Positions 8,615-17,405 are shown, counted from the stretch's first letter. The stretch: DNA of 18,848 nucleotides from Methanomicrobiales archaeon (GCA_037137755.1 JBAXJR010000043.1:1-18848); one strand, 5' to 3'. Program-made: numbers and translations. The notes: generated by a model from the sequence alone, not told the origin.

Positions 8615-9094
8615 TCACCGCATGGTACGTGTTGCCACAAACCCGGCTGCAAGAAGAGCGACAACCGGCAGGGCTGCCCCTGCTTTTGTCGGTGAGGCGA
8701 TCGGCTGCTGTGCCCCGGGTGTGGATGGGGTAACGCCCGGGACCTGCGTCTGTGTCAGCATCAGCGTCCCCGAACGGGAGCCGATTACATTGCACGCGAC
8801 ATCGACCTTGATCTCCCCGGTGCTCCCTTTCAGCTGCGGGAGATTATAGCGATATGTAAACGAGGATTTGTCCGGCTGGCTGGTATAGGATTGATCGATG
8901 AGCACGGTGGCACCCTGTCGGACGGTCACATGTTTCACATAGTGCGTGGCGGGATCGTCCACCTGGTGTGTTATGGCAACAACAAGATCTCCACTATTTT
9001 CATCATAAGATACATCAACCCCTGCAGGTGTATGCGCAAGGGCATACCCGCTCAATGCGGTCAGGGCAATGATGAAAATGACAAGATGCCGCAT
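8615..9094 (-). CDS. Secreted, C-terminally anchored protein with SOR/desulfoferrodoxin-like metal motif
   Basis: Signal peptide MRHLVIFIIALTALSGYALA|HTP (ATG 9094); HTP...HQVDDPATHYV...CNVIG; Thr/Pro/Gln linker; PTKAG plus hydrophobic helix plus basic tail. Confidence 0.82.
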   Translation of the reverse strand: MRHLVIFIIALTALSGYALAHTPAGVDVSYDENSGDLVVAITHQVDDPATHYVKHVTVRQGATVLIDQSYTSQPDKSSFTYRYNLPQLKGSTGEIKVDVACNVIGSRSGTLMLTQTQVPGVTPSTPGAQQPIASPTKAGAALPVVALLAAGFVATRTMR

Positions 9095-9538
9095 TCCAGC
9101 TGTTCCGATGCGGGATATCATTGTGCGCTGAGTGTGGTTTTCCGGCATAGTAAGCAACTCGTCCGCCTGTGGTATATAACAGGACTTCTATCCTGATCCT
9201 CTACGGGATTGAATATATGATCTTGCACGGATGATCATGGTTCAGCACAGCATTAATTCCACACGGTTTTTTGCTCATCCCCTCTGAAATGGTCCGGTCA
9301 ATGACCCGTTTTCTTCGTCTCATGGGGGCGCCCCGGCATGCCCGGGCCCCATGGAGACTGCAGAAGCATGGATTAAGAAAATACACTCCCATAACCGGGA
9401 AAATTCTTTCTCAGCTGCGTAATCTGCCATGAAAACCATATGGGGGAGGTCAAAAAACCCTCTGCAAACCCATCTCCCGGACAGGATGATTCTGGCCGAT
9501 TCAAAAACTTCTTATTCGTGAAATGAATCAATCATGTA

Positions 9539-10753
9539 ATGGCAAATAGTGAAGGTGTATTGAAAAGGGAAAGAAAAAAAGAAGGGCAACAGTACGGAGT
9601 GCCACACACCACAGAAAAAAGGAAGCAACTTCTGCAAAAGCTGGCAGAGGAGCATGGGACACCCATTTTTGTTATCGATCACGAGATAATCCGGCAGAAT
9701 TACAAGGAATTTAAAGAGCGACTGCCCAATATCCAGGTATATTTCGCGGTAAAGGCAAACTCAAACCCTGAAATTGTTAAGACGCTGTACGAGATGGGCA
9801 GCAGTTTTGATGTTGCATCCATGCCGGAATTCATGATCGTCCACGAATATATCAAAGATATGCCCGACAAGGAACGACAGGCCTGGATCTGGGACAAGAT
9901 CATCTACGCGAATACCATAAAACCGATAGAGACACTGAAAGCCCTCGATCAATACAACCCCCTGGTCACTTTTGACAACAGCGAGGAACTGAAAAAAATC
10001 AGGCAGCATGCACCCCACGCAGGCCTGGTATTGCGAATACGTGTGCCGAATACCGGTTCGGTGGTTGAACTCTCCTCCAAGTTCGGGGCTGACCCGGGCG
10101 AGGCAGTAGATCTAATCGTCGAGGCATTTGACATGGGCCTTGTCGTAGAGGGGTTGAGTTTCCATGTCGGTAGCCAGTGTACGAATTTTGATAATTATGT
10201 CCAGGCCCTGCACCTGTCCGAGAATATTATCAGCGAAACAGAGACACGAACTGGCCAGAAAATCAGGATCCTTGATATCGGCGGGGGTTTCCCGGTGAAG
10301 TACCACCCCGAAGTGAAGTCCTTCAAGATCCTCGCAAAGCAACTTAATACCGAGATTAAACGGCTGTTCCCACCTGACATGCAGGTCCTCGCGGAACCGG
10401 GAAGGTTCCTGGTGGCCAATGCGTGTACCCTCGTCGCCAAGGTAATCGGGAAGGCATTCCGCGACGGAAAGCCGTCGTATTATATCAACGATGGTGTCTA
10501 CCATACCTATTCCGGACAGGTATTTGACCACACAACCTATCCGGTACTGGCTTTCAAAGAGGGGGAAACACAGATTTCGGCCGTGTTCGGACCGACCTGT
10601 GACGCCTTTGACACGATCACATTAAGTGCAGAGCTGCCGGAACTTGATATCGGTGACCTTGTCTATTCTGAGAATATCGGGGCTTATTCCCATGCCTCGT
10701 CCACCTACTTCAACGGGTTCCCCCCGGCGAAAGTGGTGCATATCAACCGATGA
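9539..10753 (+). CDS. Fold type III PLP decarboxylase, ornithine decarboxylase-like
   Basis: YFAVKAN (PLP Lys), SKFG, FHVGSQ, LDIGGGF, AEPGRF, GPTCD, GAY. True start may be GTG 9599. Substrate (Orn/Lys/Arg) cannot be fixed by eye. Confidence 0.92.
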   Translation: MANSEGVLKRERKKEGQQYGVPHTTEKRKQLLQKLAEEHGTPIFVIDHEIIRQNYKEFKERLPNIQVYFAVKANSNPEIVKTLYEMGSSFDVASMPEFMIVHEYIKDMPDKERQAWIWDKIIYANTIKPIETLKALDQYNPLVTFDNSEELKKIRQHAPHAGLVLRIRVPNTGSVVELSSKFGADPGEAVDLIVEAFDMGLVVEGLSFHVGSQCTNFDNYVQALHLSENIISETETRTGQKIRILDIGGGFPVKYHPEVKSFKILAKQLNTEIKRLFPPDMQVLAEPGRFLVANACTLVAKVIGKAFRDGKPSYYINDGVYHTYSGQVFDHTTYPVLAFKEGETQISAVFGPTCDAFDTITLSAELPELDIGDLVYSENIGAYSHASSTYFNGFPPAKVVHINR

Positions 10754-10784
10754 TTTTTTTAATGTAAAGGATTTTTTTTGTAAA
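10752..10784 (+). terminator. Tandem oligo-T terminator
   Basis: GATTTTTTTAATGTAAA followed by GATTTTTTTTGTAAA directly after the decarboxylase stop. Confidence 0.6.
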
Positions 10785-10863
10785 ATAAAGTACCGCAATA
10801 GTAAGCATGAAATCGAAAATCCAGATTGCTCCTCCGATAAATTCACTGATCGGTGAACGATTA

Positions 10864-11382
10864 TTAAAATACAATGACCGGAGACAGAAAGAAGCAGTTA
10901 GCCCAGGCGTTCACGCGGGCGACAATCGCATTGTCCTCGTACGAGGAAATGGTAACTGCCTTCCGGGCGAACGTGACCGTATAGTCTTCGCCATTCGCAT
11001 CATGGCAATTCAGCGAAATGGAATACCCTTCTCCTTCAGTGTCCTGAATGGGGTCCCCGCCGATTGCAGTCGCGAGTGCCGTGTTTCCGACAAGTGCGGT
11101 TGATGCAGCGGTATAACCAGCTACAGTAGATGCCTTTGCTGTTGCAACACCCATGTTCTTCAGGTTTGTCGGATTTTCATAGACCACACGGATGCCGAAT
11201 GACTGTGTTCCACGGCTGACACCGGGATGAGTCTCACCGGCTACGACGTGGTTCACGCACTGGAATGCGTTGGTATCAATTACACCCTATACAACGGTGT
11301 TTAAAGCTACAACGTCAGCGATCTTGGTCGTAAGATTACGGACCGAACGCTTGACATTACCAGTCTGGACAAAATCTGACAT
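10864..11382 (-). pseudogene. Methanomicrobiales 'M[AS]DFVQ' hypothetical protein gene interrupted by in-frame TAG
   Basis: ATG 11382 with GGAG upstream: MSDFVQTGNVKRSVRNLTTKIADVVALNTVV*(TAG 11289-11287)GVIDTNAFQCVNHVVAGETHP, continuing in frame into ORF 10864..11256 (LNCHDANGEDYTVTF...SSYEDNAIVARVNAWA). Confidence 0.75.
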
Positions 11383-11447
11383 TCTTTTCTCTCCAGCCCC
11401 TTTTGAGACGTAAAGAGTGTGAGTGGTAGAATCGGAAAAGAGGGGAT
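11374..11447. repeat. Direct repeat copy 1 (~75 bp; leader plus first three codons of the MSDFVQ gene)
   Basis: ATCTGACATTCTTTTCTCTCCAGCCCCTTTTGAGACGTAAAGAGTGTGAGTGGTAGAATCGGAAAAGAGGGGAT; about 84% identical by eye to 14519-14594. Confidence 0.9.
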
Positions 11448-11471
11448 GGAAATGTAGCCCCGGAAAAGTAA

Positions 11472-13406
11472 TTACCGGTGCATCCCTTTCGGGACCGTCA
11501 TCTCGAAACGTGCACCCTTACCCGGCTCGCCGGTCTCTTTGATTGTAATTCCGGTAATTGCAAGAATTTCACGCGACAGGAATAACCCAAGACCAGTATT
11601 TTTCCCAAACCCCCGTTCGAAAATCTTCTCCTTCTCGCTTATGCTGACACCTGCACCATCATCAGAACAGACAATAAAACAATCGCCATCGGGTTTCTCA
11701 ACAGAGAACCTAATGGTCGTGATATTCCCGCCGTACCGTACCGCGTTGTCCATCAGGTTGAAAAAGACCTTGACAATCAACTGGTCAGCAAATATTGTAA
11801 AATCACCAGGCATATCATTTACCAACCGGATATCGCCCATAGCTACGTCTTTTGCAGCTGAGTCTACCAGGGTACGGGTATTCTGCCAGACCGGTGCATT
11901 GACCCCGATACCCTCATACGTTTTTGTAAACTGGATCATCGCCTGTATCCGCTCGGCAGCATTGGTAATTTTGTTGAAATAGTCACGAAAAGAAGTGTCC
12001 GGCTGCATCATCTCCAATATCTCGAGGAAACCCATCAGCACGGTAAGCTGGTTATTGATGTCGTGCCGGGTGATACCTGACAGGAGCGTGAGTTTCTTGT
12101 TCGAGGTTTCAAGCGCTGCTGAAAATTGCCTGAGTTCCTGCTCATGGTACACCATTTCCTGTTCGAGTAACTTGCGCTCGGTAATGTCAATAAAGCTACT
12201 CCGGATTAACCTGCGGTCTGCTGATTGCAGCTGGACAAGGCGTACCTCCATGACAAGGTCTTCACCACGGTTATTACAAATGTTCCGCTCAAACACGACT
12301 GTCTCTCCTGCCTGAACACGGAGGCGATGTTCATTTACCGTTTCGGTTATTGACCGTTCATCGGGTTGATCTGGTTTGTAGAACTGCTGGGGGCCGGAAT
12401 CAAGTAACTGCTGGCGGCTGCACCCGAATATCTGCTCTGCCCTGGAATTTGCTTCAATATACCGATTCTGGTTAATATCAAAGAGAAGGATCGCTTCAGG
12501 TGCTTTCTCGATGGATATCCGGAACCGTTCCTCACTCTCCTTTAATTCCTGCTCAGCATATTTGCGGTCGGTGATGTCAACACCCTGTGCAATGGTGGAA
12601 AGTATCCTGCCTTCAGGATCGAGGATGTTTGCTGAATTCCAGAGCACCGTCCGGACACTGCCATTTTTGACAAGAATCGGGATCTCAACAACCTCCCACC
12701 GTTCGCCTTCGATTGCCTTTCGGATTAATCTCATTGAAGCGTTTCGGGTCTCATCCGGGAAGAGAAGGTCCAGTGTCTTCCCCAGCATTTCCTCCTGGTT
12801 TCTGCCAGTCAGGTGCTCGAACGCATGGTTGAACCGGGTGATGTGGAACCCGGAGTCCCATGTGATGATCGGGGCATTGGCATAGTCAAACAGGTTGTTG
12901 AGATATTCCGTTGTTTCACGAAGTGCCTTATTTGCAAGATAAATTGCGTCCTGGGCCTTCTGCAGGTCATCACGCTGGTCCTCAGCAACTGCTTTCATGG
13001 TACGGTATGCCTTTATCTGATTGGTAAGGTCAGACATGTCCTCTATCAGAACCAGGGCATACTTCCCGGTTGATTGATAAAATGGAATACATGAGATCTT
13101 CTCGACACGAAGGCCCCCGTTAGGGAACTCACAGGGTATCAGGTGTGGATGGAACGTCGAAGAGAACAGCACTGCGGGACCACCTTCAAAAATCTGGGAG
13201 ATCCTCGAATATATTATTGGATTTTTTAATGCAGGATATCGCTCAATTAAATTTGTTCCTTTCGCCTCATCTGCAGGTATATCTGTCCATTCAACCATGC
13301 AGGCATTCCAGAAGCAGATGGAATAGTCTGACCTGATGACAATGATCCCGTTTGGAATAAGATCCAGGAGCCTGAAAATCGGGTTTTCATCTGTGATTTC
13401 TTCCAT
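11472..13406 (-). CDS. PAS-domain sensor histidine kinase (3 PAS + HisKA-like + HATPase)
   Basis: PAS/PAC ends (IEDMSD, GVDITDRK, IDITERK), H-box ITRHDINNQL, FNLMDNAVRYG, DDGAG, FERGFGKNTGLGL. No TM segment. Confidence 0.95.
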   Translation of the reverse strand: MEEITDENPIFRLLDLIPNGIIVIRSDYSICFWNACMVEWTDIPADEAKGTNLIERYPALKNPIIYSRISQIFEGGPAVLFSSTFHPHLIPCEFPNGGLRVEKISCIPFYQSTGKYALVLIEDMSDLTNQIKAYRTMKAVAEDQRDDLQKAQDAIYLANKALRETTEYLNNLFDYANAPIITWDSGFHITRFNHAFEHLTGRNQEEMLGKTLDLLFPDETRNASMRLIRKAIEGERWEVVEIPILVKNGSVRTVLWNSANILDPEGRILSTIAQGVDITDRKYAEQELKESEERFRISIEKAPEAILLFDINQNRYIEANSRAEQIFGCSRQQLLDSGPQQFYKPDQPDERSITETVNEHRLRVQAGETVVFERNICNNRGEDLVMEVRLVQLQSADRRLIRSSFIDITERKLLEQEMVYHEQELRQFSAALETSNKKLTLLSGITRHDINNQLTVLMGFLEILEMMQPDTSFRDYFNKITNAAERIQAMIQFTKTYEGIGVNAPVWQNTRTLVDSAAKDVAMGDIRLVNDMPGDFTIFADQLIVKVFFNLMDNAVRYGGNITTIRFSVEKPDGDCFIVCSDDGAGVSISEKEKIFERGFGKNTGLGLFLSREILAITGITIKETGEPGKGARFEMTVPKGMHR

Positions 13407-13418
13407 GTCAGATACCTT

Positions 13419-14027
13419 TTAGGCCAGGACCTTCCTGATACTCTCAACAAGGGCATCAAGGGACCCTATCTCGAGGATCAGGAGAATATCTCCTTCAACA
13501 TTGAGCTTCTCTACCAGGAAATTGGTGCGTGCCAAAAGAACGCACTCATCGCGAACATTTTTTCTTTTTAAACGGGCAAGGTTTTCAATCGGCCCTTCAT
13601 AATAGGAGGGTATTGAATAGATCAGGTGTTCTGACAGAACGTTTGCAATTGAACCCATTACTGCATTAATGATAATATTCCCTACCTCTTTTAAGGCTTC
13701 AATTCTCATAGCATCAAGTTCAGGGCTTTTTTCGTGTTCTCCGGTCAGAAGCATAACAAGCGCAGCAGCACTTTCAGGGGGGAAAACCACGGCACTGATC
13801 CCTGAGAATGTACCTTTGAAATCCAGAAGCACGGCTGATAATGTATCTCCTGAAATGAGGGTGTTCCCGGACGATGTGATTTCATTAAACGGGACAATCG
13901 TAATAGACGGGATCTGGAGACGTATGTGGGATCCTGTCATATCCTGGAGTTGACCGGCAGCCCTGCCGACGCCGATATTTACAATCTCCCGGATTGCATC
14001 AATCGTTGATTCGTCGATCTCAATCAT
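13419..14027 (-). CDS. cheC: CheC-family phosphatase-like protein
   Basis: Two ExxN motifs, DAIREIVNIG and EALKEVGNII; 202 aa. Confidence 0.85.
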   Translation of the reverse strand: MIEIDESTIDAIREIVNIGVGRAAGQLQDMTGSHIRLQIPSITIVPFNEITSSGNTLISGDTLSAVLLDFKGTFSGISAVVFPPESAAALVMLLTGEHEKSPELDAMRIEALKEVGNIIINAVMGSIANVLSEHLIYSIPSYYEGPIENLARLKRKNVRDECVLLARTNFLVEKLNVEGDILLILEIGSLDALVESIRKVLA

Positions 14028-14392
14028 CGCATTCCACCAGCAAGTGCTTTCTCGATGGCAGACTTGAGAAGATCCGTCTGAACCGGTTTGTTAAGGTACC
14101 CGAATGCCCCCAGGCGCATGCAATGGTCCTTTGTACTGGTCTGCACATCCGATGTGACAATAAGTACAGGAGTCTTTATTCCCTTCGCCTTCAGTTGTTC
14201 CAATACCCAAGTGCCATCATATTCGGGCATAAGCAGATCACTGAGTATAACGTCTGGTTTATCGGTGAGGATACGATTTAAGCCCTCGTTCCCGTTATCT
14301 GCGGTGATAACGTCATAACCAAGATCCTTTACGATACTCGATACGACTTTACGCTGAAATGCCGAATCCTCAATGAGAAGAACTGTGACCAT
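14024..14392 (-). CDS. Single-domain response regulator (CheY-like)
   Basis: LLIEDS, ILSDLLMP (phospho-Asp), IVTSD, YLNKP; 4-bp overlap with the cheC-like gene; GAGGT upstream. Confidence 0.93.
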   Translation of the reverse strand: MVTVLLIEDSAFQRKVVSSIVKDLGYDVITADNGNEGLNRILTDKPDVILSDLLMPEYDGTWVLEQLKAKGIKTPVLIVTSDVQTSTKDHCMRLGAFGYLNKPVQTDLLKSAIEKALAGGMR

Positions 14393-14518
14393 AGCCTGAC
14401 CTCGGGGATCGTACTGATAATCATTGCGATAATGATTCTTCGGGATAAAATAGTTATCAATTAATTCTATCTAAAAATCTGAAATTTTAAAAACTAAAAT
14501 GACGACGTTTTATAACTG

Positions 14519-14594
14519 ATCTGACATTTCTTTTCTTTTCTGCCCCGTTTGGGATGTAAAGAGGGTAAGTGGTAGAATCGGAAAAAAAAGGGAT
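14519..14594. repeat. Direct repeat copy 2
   Basis: ATCTGACATTTCTTTTCTTTTCTGCCCCGTTTGGGATGTAAAGAGGGTAAGTGGTAGAATCGGAAAAAAAAGGGAT; on - it leads into ATG TCA GAT CAG TTA TAA (MSDQL*). Confidence 0.9.
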
Positions 14595-14708
14595 CACCAA
14601 TTTAAAATTCTGCTAATATCTAAGTAAATTTCCGATGATATTTGTGAAAGCGGATGTGTCAAAATCAAATATTTTATTTTGTAGAAATTGAAACGTATTG
14701 TTCCAAAA

Positions 14709-14813
14709 ATGAATGAATGCTGTATGAAACGATTCATTGAGATCCTTGACTACCCCACCCTAATATTTGGAATCGCCCTTATTGTCCTGTTCGGTCTTAC
14801 ATTCTTATCATAA
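14709..14813 (+). CDS. Putative single-TM small protein (34 aa; 29 aa from ATG 14724)
   Basis: Manual translation MNECCMKRFIEILDYPTLIFGIALIVLFGLTFLS*; shorter than any ORF in the track. Confidence 0.4.
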   Translation: MNECCMKRFIEILDYPTLIFGIALIVLFGLTFLS

Positions 14814-14855
14814 AATTACTTAAAAAGATTAATTTTTGGTAATAATAACTCCTAA

Positions 14856-16835
14856 TCATATTGTGCTTCTGTTCGTTTGCAACTCGGTGATATCACGAAC
14901 GATGGATCCAATGCGGAACCCCTTAATCGTTTGGATTGGAAATAAGACCTGCTGAATAACACGCCGTTCACCATCTCTCCGCATGAAGGTTACTTCCATA
15001 GGTCTTGAAAAGTTCTCTGATTTTCCTGTTCGATGCATTTCTATGTTTATTGCTCGTAACCGGTCAATCCTGTCATCTGTACAGTGTTCGGGTATCAAAA
15101 AGGAAATGGTGAGATCAATATATGGTTTTCCCAACACTTCTTCCCGGCAAATTCCTGTTATCCGTTCAAGGGCATTGTTCCATTCGATCACCCTGTCCTC
15201 TTCATCAGTGAGTGCAATACCATCTGCGGATTCCTCCACAAATGAGCGGAACGTTTCCTCGCTTTGCCTTAGTGCCTCCTCCGATTGTTTTCGGTCAGTA
15301 ATGTCCAGGGATAAAACCTGGACACCGGTCTTCCGGTCCTGCTGGTCGATAACATTGGAAAAGGTGGAAAGGAACCATTTCATGCCAACCGGCAGGTTGA
15401 CTTCATCCTCATAATGCATGACAGTATCTGAAAATTGCATATCCGCAATCCGTTTGCGATAAAATTCAGATGCTGCTTCTGCGGGGAAGAGTTCAGATAT
15501 ATTTTTTCCGAAAACTTGCTGGGGGTCATCCTGACCCATATTTTCGCAGCCCTTCCGGTTCATATGATAAAGAATCCCGTCATAACTCCAGTACCCGATT
15601 CCAATGCCGGCAGAATCAAGAAGTGCACGGTATTGCTCTGTGTTCGCGTTGAGTGCCTCTTCTGCCTTTTTTCGCTCTGTGATGTCACGGGATACGTGTA
15701 CGCAGCCTTGTAACTGCCCCCCCTTTTCGCGTAGCGGTATGCAACGGATGAGAAAATCCCCTTCAATCCGTTCTTCGTGAATCTCCGCAGTGTGTTCCTG
15801 CTGATCTTTCAGCAATTTTGCATGAGGGCAGAAATCGGGTGGATTTTGTGTGCCATGGACATATTGGTAACATGGCTTTCCTACAGCCTGCTCGGGTGTT
15901 ACACCGAGTTTATCGGCCATCGAACGGTTCATCCTGCGGATCCTGTACTGGGTATCGAGAATGCAGATCAGGTCTGGAACCGCGTTGAAGGTGCGTTCCC
16001 ATTCCTCCCTGGCGAGAAGTGCCTCCTCCTCGATATGCCTGCGAGCTGTCATATCCCTGATGGATTCTATAGCGCCAACACGGTTGCCGTGAATATCAAA
16101 AAGAGGTGATCCGGTTGCCCATACATATGCCCCTTTTCCACCGTATAATGCCGGAGTGAAGGTTTCTGCATAGAGGGAGTCCCCCTTTCTCGTAACAAAC
16201 TGGTATTTTGCTTCTATCTCCTTATCTTCAAAATCGATTAAGTCAAGGAGTTGTTTTCTTCGGGTTCCATAGAAGGGGATCGAATATTCGTGATCTCCTT
16301 TTCCAATCATATCCTCTTTGGAAATCCCAGTCATCTCTACCATTGAACGGTTCCATGCGATTACCGTTCCACTGCTATCGATGGCAAATGTAGCGTCAGG
16401 AAGAAATTCTATAATGTCATTAAGCCGCCTCTCGGTATCTTTCGCATGTTTTTCTGTTCTTTTATGACTAATTGCTGCCCGGATTTTATGCGAGAGTTCG
16501 GCAAACTGTGCTTGTGGATCTCCGCCTTTCTGAAGATAAAAGGTCACCCCCTCATTGAGTGCCTCGATAACTACATCTTCACGCCCCTTGCCGGTGAATA
16601 TAATGAACGGTGTGTCATTCCCTGATGCTTTCAGATGTTTGAGGAACATTATCCCGTCAATTTTCGGCATCTGGTAATCGGAGATAATGACATCAAATTT
16701 CTCTTTCTCGAGGAGGTCTAATGCTGCAGTCGCTGAACTAATTGTTTTAACAGAAAAATCACCATATTCTTCGAGGAATAGCTTACCAATCTCAAGAAGT
16801 CCAGGTTCATCATCGACGTATAGGAGTGAGTACAT
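14856..16835 (-). CDS. Receiver plus four PAS domains, no kinase output (probably truncated hybrid kinase)
   Basis: LLYVDDE...IISDYQMP...FTGKG...YLQKGG receiver; four PAS/PAC units; ends SIVRDITE-LQTNRSTI*. ATG 16835 preferred over TTG 16853. Confidence 0.88.
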   Translation of the reverse strand: MYSLLYVDDEPGLLEIGKLFLEEYGDFSVKTISSATAALDLLEKEKFDVIISDYQMPKIDGIMFLKHLKASGNDTPFIIFTGKGREDVVIEALNEGVTFYLQKGGDPQAQFAELSHKIRAAISHKRTEKHAKDTERRLNDIIEFLPDATFAIDSSGTVIAWNRSMVEMTGISKEDMIGKGDHEYSIPFYGTRRKQLLDLIDFEDKEIEAKYQFVTRKGDSLYAETFTPALYGGKGAYVWATGSPLFDIHGNRVGAIESIRDMTARRHIEEEALLAREEWERTFNAVPDLICILDTQYRIRRMNRSMADKLGVTPEQAVGKPCYQYVHGTQNPPDFCPHAKLLKDQQEHTAEIHEERIEGDFLIRCIPLREKGGQLQGCVHVSRDITERKKAEEALNANTEQYRALLDSAGIGIGYWSYDGILYHMNRKGCENMGQDDPQQVFGKNISELFPAEAASEFYRKRIADMQFSDTVMHYEDEVNLPVGMKWFLSTFSNVIDQQDRKTGVQVLSLDITDRKQSEEALRQSEETFRSFVEESADGIALTDEEDRVIEWNNALERITGICREEVLGKPYIDLTISFLIPEHCTDDRIDRLRAINIEMHRTGKSENFSRPMEVTFMRRDGERRVIQQVLFPIQTIKGFRIGSIVRDITELQTNRSTI

Positions 16836-17201
16836 TATGCCCTTGCTAATCAAACACTTCTACCCTTTCCTTTTTAAAATTACTGTATAGACATTTCTAC
16901 ATGCACGGTATTGTCTGAGTTTCTGTTAATCCCCCCCATCTCCTCGCTATCACCACCTCCCTCATGTTCCTGCCGTCGGGCACGGCCAACACCGATCGTA
17001 AAGGGACTGTGTAATCCGAAAGAGAAATAGTGAGGTTCAACGCCCGACCCAAGCTCAGATAACTGGATGGATTTTAACGGATAACGTGCCATCGAGCAGC
17101 CTTTCTTTATCGTATCGAAATGTGGCACCGGAGAATACCCTGTTCTTACCAAAAATTACCTGTACACAAATTGTATATCCTGTTTTAACCGAGGACTACT
17201 C

Positions 17202-17405
17202 ATGAGAAATGGATCGTCAAGTTCAATGTTCGGATTCATTTTACCATTGGGTTTCATCATTATCGGAGTGATTGGATATATTACTTCAATCCTGCTGACT
17301 ACAGGTTTCACCCAGATGATTTTTCAATTGATTTGCATAATAGCTGTAATAAATGGGTCGATTCTCCTTATCCTTGAAAATTGGGATGCATTGTGGGGAT
17401 CATAA
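17202..17405 (+). CDS. Small two-TM membrane protein (possibly frameshift-truncated)
   Basis: 67 aa, two hydrophobic helices, GAGGA upstream of the ATG. Confidence 0.6.
   Translation: MRNGSSSSMFGFILPLGFIIIGVIGYITSILLTTGFTQMIFQLICIIAVINGSILLILENWDALWGS

Noticed and set aside
11287-11289. Pyrrolysine read-through of the in-frame TAG
   Set aside because: Methanomicrobiales generally lack the Pyl system, CAG>TAG is simpler, and the gene's 3' end also looks damaged. Not fully excluded without the genome.
13419-14392. Canonical chemotaxis operon
   Set aside because: cheA, cheW, cheB, cheR and MCP genes are absent from the window.
16880-17152. 90-aa minus-strand ORF
   Set aside because: No family motif or convincing start; could be degraded sequence but not supportable.
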